Assembly: GCA_037381445.1 (NCBI GenBank)
Contig: JARRQT010000056.1
Coordinates: 1 to 19,043, forward strand
From: Calditrichia bacterium
GTDB lineage: Bacteria; Calditrichota; Calditrichia; RBG-13-44-9
Direction of reading: 5' to 3'
DNA: 19,043 nucleotides
The notes under the pieces were generated by a model. That model did no database searches. It saw nothing but the letters and a program-made list of their open reading frames with translations, and had not been told where the DNA came from. The translations under genes and the position numbers were made by a program. Shown in pieces: positions 15,887-19,043 of the stretch (within the stretch, counting starts at the first letter, position 1; the number at the start of each line of letters is the position of its first letter).

Positions 15887-16249
15887 TCATTTCAATCCGA
15901 TCGAATTTATATAAGCACTTAGCTTCGGACTCAATTCATCAATCAGAACCTTCAGGCATTGCGTTTGGTCTTCATTGATAAGCTTTCTTTTGTAGGCCCG
16001 ACGAAGCCAATGTTTTACTTCGAACATCGAACCGCGGGCTATTTTGGCAAATCTCTTATTGTCCCCAGAACTGCCCCGACCGGTTCCCTCCGCCATATTT
16101 GCACCAATACTATCCACAGATTTTACCAGTTGTTTTCCGACAGTATCCCGAGCAAAAAATCCCCATTGAACGACCATATCCCAGATAGCATCAGCCAATT
16201 GTTCTGTAAGTTGATAAACTCTTAAATTTTCAAAATTAGTTCTCTGCAT
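15887..16249 (-). CDS. Four helix bundle protein (23S rRNA intervening-sequence protein family)
   Basis: FENLRVYQ, QL.KS.DSIGANMAEG.GR, F.KIARGS..E...WL; start set at MQRTNF (16249) because the longer call reads through the repeat array. Confidence 0.9.
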   Translation of the reverse strand: MQRTNFENLRVYQLTEQLADAIWDMVVQWGFFARDTVGKQLVKSVDSIGANMAEGTGRGSSGDNKRFAKIARGSMFEVKHWLRRAYKRKLINEDQTQCLKVLIDELSPKLSAYINSIGLK

Positions 16250-16307
16250 TCCAATGCCCCATTTGATGTTTATCAAAATGACAAAGAAATAATTTCGTTC
16301 GATAACA

Positions 16308-16337
16308 GCAATGGACAACTGACGACTAACAACGGAC
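16308..16337. repeat. Four tandem heptamers; upstream arm, inverted relative to 15843-15872
   Basis: GC AATGGAC AACTGAC GACTAAC AACGGAC; its reverse complement matches the other arm at 24/30 positions. Confidence 0.8.
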
Positions 16338-16338
16338 A

Positions 16339-17307
16339 TCAAAGCTTATCGACGACTTCCTTCGCAAAATAGGTCAGAATCATATCGGCCCCGGCGCGTT
16401 TGATGGAGGTTAGCGATTCCAGCATAACCCGGTCGTGATCAATCCAGCCCCTTTCGGCAGCAGCTTTGATCATGGCAAACTCACCTGACACCTGGTAGGC
16501 GGCCGTGGGCAACTGAAACTCTTCCCTTACGCGGCGAAGAATATCCAGATAAGGCATCGCCGGTTTCACCATGATGATGTCGGCGCCCTCATCCACATCC
16601 AGCGCCACTTCCCGCATGGCTTCGTTGCTGTTTGCCGGATCCATCTGGTAGCTGCTGCGGTCACCAAACTGGGGCGCCGATTCAGCCGCATCCCGGAAGG
16701 GACCGTAGAATCCCGATGCATACTTGGCGGCATAACTCATAATGGGAATATTGATGAATCCTTCGTCGTCCAATGCTTCACGGATGGCTCCCACCATGCC
16801 GTCCATCATGCCGGATGGTGCAACCATGTCGGCGCCGGCGCGGGCATGCACCTGCACCTGCCTGCCCAGCAATTCCAGGGTTGCATCATTGTCCACATCA
16901 TTGTTGATGATGGGGCCACAATGGCCATGATCGGTGTACTCGCAGAAACAGACATCGGTAATGACATACATCTCCGGAATGGCATCTTTCACTGCCTTCA
17001 CAGCCTGAGCGATGATGCCCTCGTCGCTGGTGGCATCGGTACCGACGGCGTCTTTATGTTCCGGAATCCCAAACAGTATGATGGACTCTACGCCGCGGCT
17101 GTAAATATCTTTCACCTCTTTTACCAGATGGTCAATGGAAAGCTGGTAATTGCCGGGCATGCTGCCGATCGGATTTTTCTTGTCCTTTCCAAATACGACA
17201 AACTGGGGAAGGATCAAATCGTGACGTGTCAGGTTGGTTTCGCGGACCATGTTACGAATTCTGGGATTCACCCGCAGCCGGCGAGGACGATAATAAGGGG
17301 TAAACAT
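16339..17307 (-). CDS. hemB: Porphobilinogen synthase (ALA dehydratase), Zn-binding type
   Basis: [62 protein letters not shown]. Confidence 0.98.
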   Translation of the reverse strand: MFTPYYRPRRLRVNPRIRNMVRETNLTRHDLILPQFVVFGKDKKNPIGSMPGNYQLSIDHLVKEVKDIYSRGVESIILFGIPEHKDAVGTDATSDEGIIAQAVKAVKDAIPEMYVITDVCFCEYTDHGHCGPIINNDVDNDATLELLGRQVQVHARAGADMVAPSGMMDGMVGAIREALDDEGFINIPIMSYAAKYASGFYGPFRDAAESAPQFGDRSSYQMDPANSNEAMREVALDVDEGADIIMVKPAMPYLDILRRVREEFQLPTAAYQVSGEFAMIKAAAERGWIDHDRVMLESLTSIKRAGADMILTYFAKEVVDKL

Positions 17308-17421
17308 AAGGAATCTCCTTTTGCAAAATATTGGAATTCTTATCTATCTTTTTTTATTTATGTTCAAAATTTTCTTGATAACAGGCTTTCAATTAAATAT
17401 TCAGCCAGAATAAATTGAGCA

Positions 17422-18843
17422 TTAAACATTCACTTCCCGGGCTGCTTTCTCCGGCTTTATTTTCAATTCGCCACTAATTCGTTCCGCCATGCCCTTTGCG
17501 TTTTTAACACAATCGGATACTGAGATGCCGCCCCGGAAATTCCCCGAGAGAAAGACACCGCTATTCGCCCTTTCGAATTCTTCCACCTTTTCGATAATGT
17601 GGCTGTGTCCGATGTTATACTGCGGAATGGCTTTGGACCATGGTCTTACAACCACCACATCCGGTTTAACCTGAATACCCAGCAAATCTTTCAAGTCGGC
17701 AGAGACCAGATCGACGATCCGGCTTTCCGGCAGTAAGGCATTTTCAGGTTGACGGGTGCCTCCGATAAATGTGGTAAAGGCGGTATCTCCCTGGGGAGCC
17801 CTGCCGCTGAAAATGGTGGAGCTCCATATACTGCCGAGGATTTGTCGCTTTTCCTTGCGGGGGACCAGAAATCCAAATCCATCTAGGGACCTCGCGGCAG
17901 GATTTCCCTTGTATCCAAAATATACCATTGTCACAGGAGGATACGGGATTTTGTTTAATTCCGGCACTAATGGCTGAAACAATGCACCCGGCAACTCGGA
18001 GTAGGCGTGAACCGGAATTGTCAATAGCAGGGCTTCAGTCTCCACAATATATTTTTCCTGGCCTCTGAGGAATTGAATTTCCCAGCCGCCATCTGTCCTT
18101 TCTACCCCCTCGAGCCGTGCTCCGAGATAGAGGTCATCGGCAAATTCAGTCTGCAGGGAATTGATCATGGTTTGCAGCCCTTCCCTGAAGGAAAACAGCC
18201 TGGCGGATTGTTTGGAGACTTCATTGCGTTTTTTGCGCTCCCTGGCCCCCATGAAGGTTCCTTTAATAAGACTGCCGTATTTCTGTTCGAGGTCATACAG
18301 CTTGGGGAACGCGCTCTTTACACTTAACGCTTCCGGCACCCCGGCATATACCCCGGAGACAAACGGATCGATCGCATAATCCAGAAATTCCCGTCCCAGC
18401 CGCCGCTCCACAAACTGCGCCAATGTTTCCTCCTTATTGGGATCGCACGGAGAGATAAAAGGCTCTTTCAGCAGGCGAAGTTTAGCAGAAGTACTGAACA
18501 ATCTGGTTTTGAGAAAAGGACCCGCTCCCATGGGCAGGGCATTCAAATCGCCGTCACGCACGATGTAGCGGTTCTTGGACCGATCATTGGCAAATTCCCG
18601 TTCCGATTCAATGCCCAGATCCTCAAACATTTCACCCAGGATCGGGGTCGTATCAAGCGCATTATTCGGGCCATGCTCCACCAGAAATCCCTCAACCCGC
18701 TCACTTTTGATGGAACCGCCCGGCTCATCTTTTTTCTCAACAATGATGGTCTTCAGGCCTCGCTTCTTCAGAAAATGTGCGGTAGCAAGTCCGGATATGC
18801 CGGCCCCGATGATAACGACATCTGTTTTCATATTTTTTTGCAT
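17422..18843 (-). CDS. hemY: FAD-dependent protoporphyrinogen/coproporphyrinogen oxidase (HemY type, often annotated hemG)
   Basis: IIGAGISGLA Rossmann motif, EHGPN, PFVSGVYAG, GFGFLVP, LGSIWSS..F..RAP, AIPQY..GH, GISVSDCV. Confidence 0.93.
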   Translation of the reverse strand: MQKNMKTDVVIIGAGISGLATAHFLKKRGLKTIIVEKKDEPGGSIKSERVEGFLVEHGPNNALDTTPILGEMFEDLGIESEREFANDRSKNRYIVRDGDLNALPMGAGPFLKTRLFSTSAKLRLLKEPFISPCDPNKEETLAQFVERRLGREFLDYAIDPFVSGVYAGVPEALSVKSAFPKLYDLEQKYGSLIKGTFMGARERKKRNEVSKQSARLFSFREGLQTMINSLQTEFADDLYLGARLEGVERTDGGWEIQFLRGQEKYIVETEALLLTIPVHAYSELPGALFQPLVPELNKIPYPPVTMVYFGYKGNPAARSLDGFGFLVPRKEKRQILGSIWSSTIFSGRAPQGDTAFTTFIGGTRQPENALLPESRIVDLVSADLKDLLGIQVKPDVVVVRPWSKAIPQYNIGHSHIIEKVEEFERANSGVFLSGNFRGGISVSDCVKNAKGMAERISGELKIKPEKAAREVNV

Positions 18844-18881
18844 ATTTTCACCATTTTTTCTTTATTAGAACTACTCCCAAC

Positions 18882-19043
18882 TCAAACCGTCCGCGAATAG
18901 ATCGGCTGATTCCTGGCTTGATCAGCTTTCAGATAGCTGTCGAAAGCCATGGCAATATTGCGCACAATTAGCCGCCCGGAATCACTCACCTGGATTTTTT
19001 CAGTTGTAACTTTCAAAAGATTATCTTCTACAAATTCATCCAG
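18882..19043 (-). CDS. hemN: 3' end of oxygen-independent coproporphyrinogen III oxidase (partial, runs off the window)
   Basis: Not in the ORF track; manual translation LDEFVEDNLLKVTTEKIQVSDSGRLIVRNIAMAFDSYLKADQARNQPIYSRTV* resembles the HemN C-terminus (GR...RNI.M.FD.YL...S..V); hem operon context. Confidence 0.85.
   Translation of the reverse strand: MDEFVEDNLLKVTTEKIQVSDSGRLIVRNIAMAFDSYLKADQARNQPIYSRTV

Overview
Bacterial chromosomal window (about 45-50% GC by eye; lineage not determinable, though gene style suggests a Gram-negative anaerobe or facultative anaerobe). Left: archaeal/eukaryote-type proS, a C-terminally truncated rhomboid protease and a small acidic Cys-rich ORF. Centre (2.6-10.0 kb): a probable sigma54-driven + strand operon. 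It encodes a membrane-anchored GcvH-like protein, a HybA/FdnH-like four-cluster Fe-S protein, a HybB/NrfD-like membrane protein broken by an apparent deletion plus frameshift, and a second GcvH-like protein with a 4-Cys N-terminal motif. It converges on a - strand operon encoding a heme-c-motif sensor kinase, a sigma54 response regulator and an archaemetzincin. Next come tag, a CDF transporter and an Rrf2-ric-DUF488 cluster with a visible shared operator motif. The right end is a heme biosynthesis operon (hemN 3' end, hemY/hemG, hemB, hemL) interrupted by a four-helix-bundle gene flanked by inverted heptamer arrays. The best candidate for a poorly characterised system is the GcvH-like/HybAB-like/TCS/archaemetzincin locus; novelty cannot be established without database searches. 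Two abrupt mid-gene junctions (about 2117 and 4860) may be assembly artefacts. All family assignments come from motif recognition by eye, not from searches.
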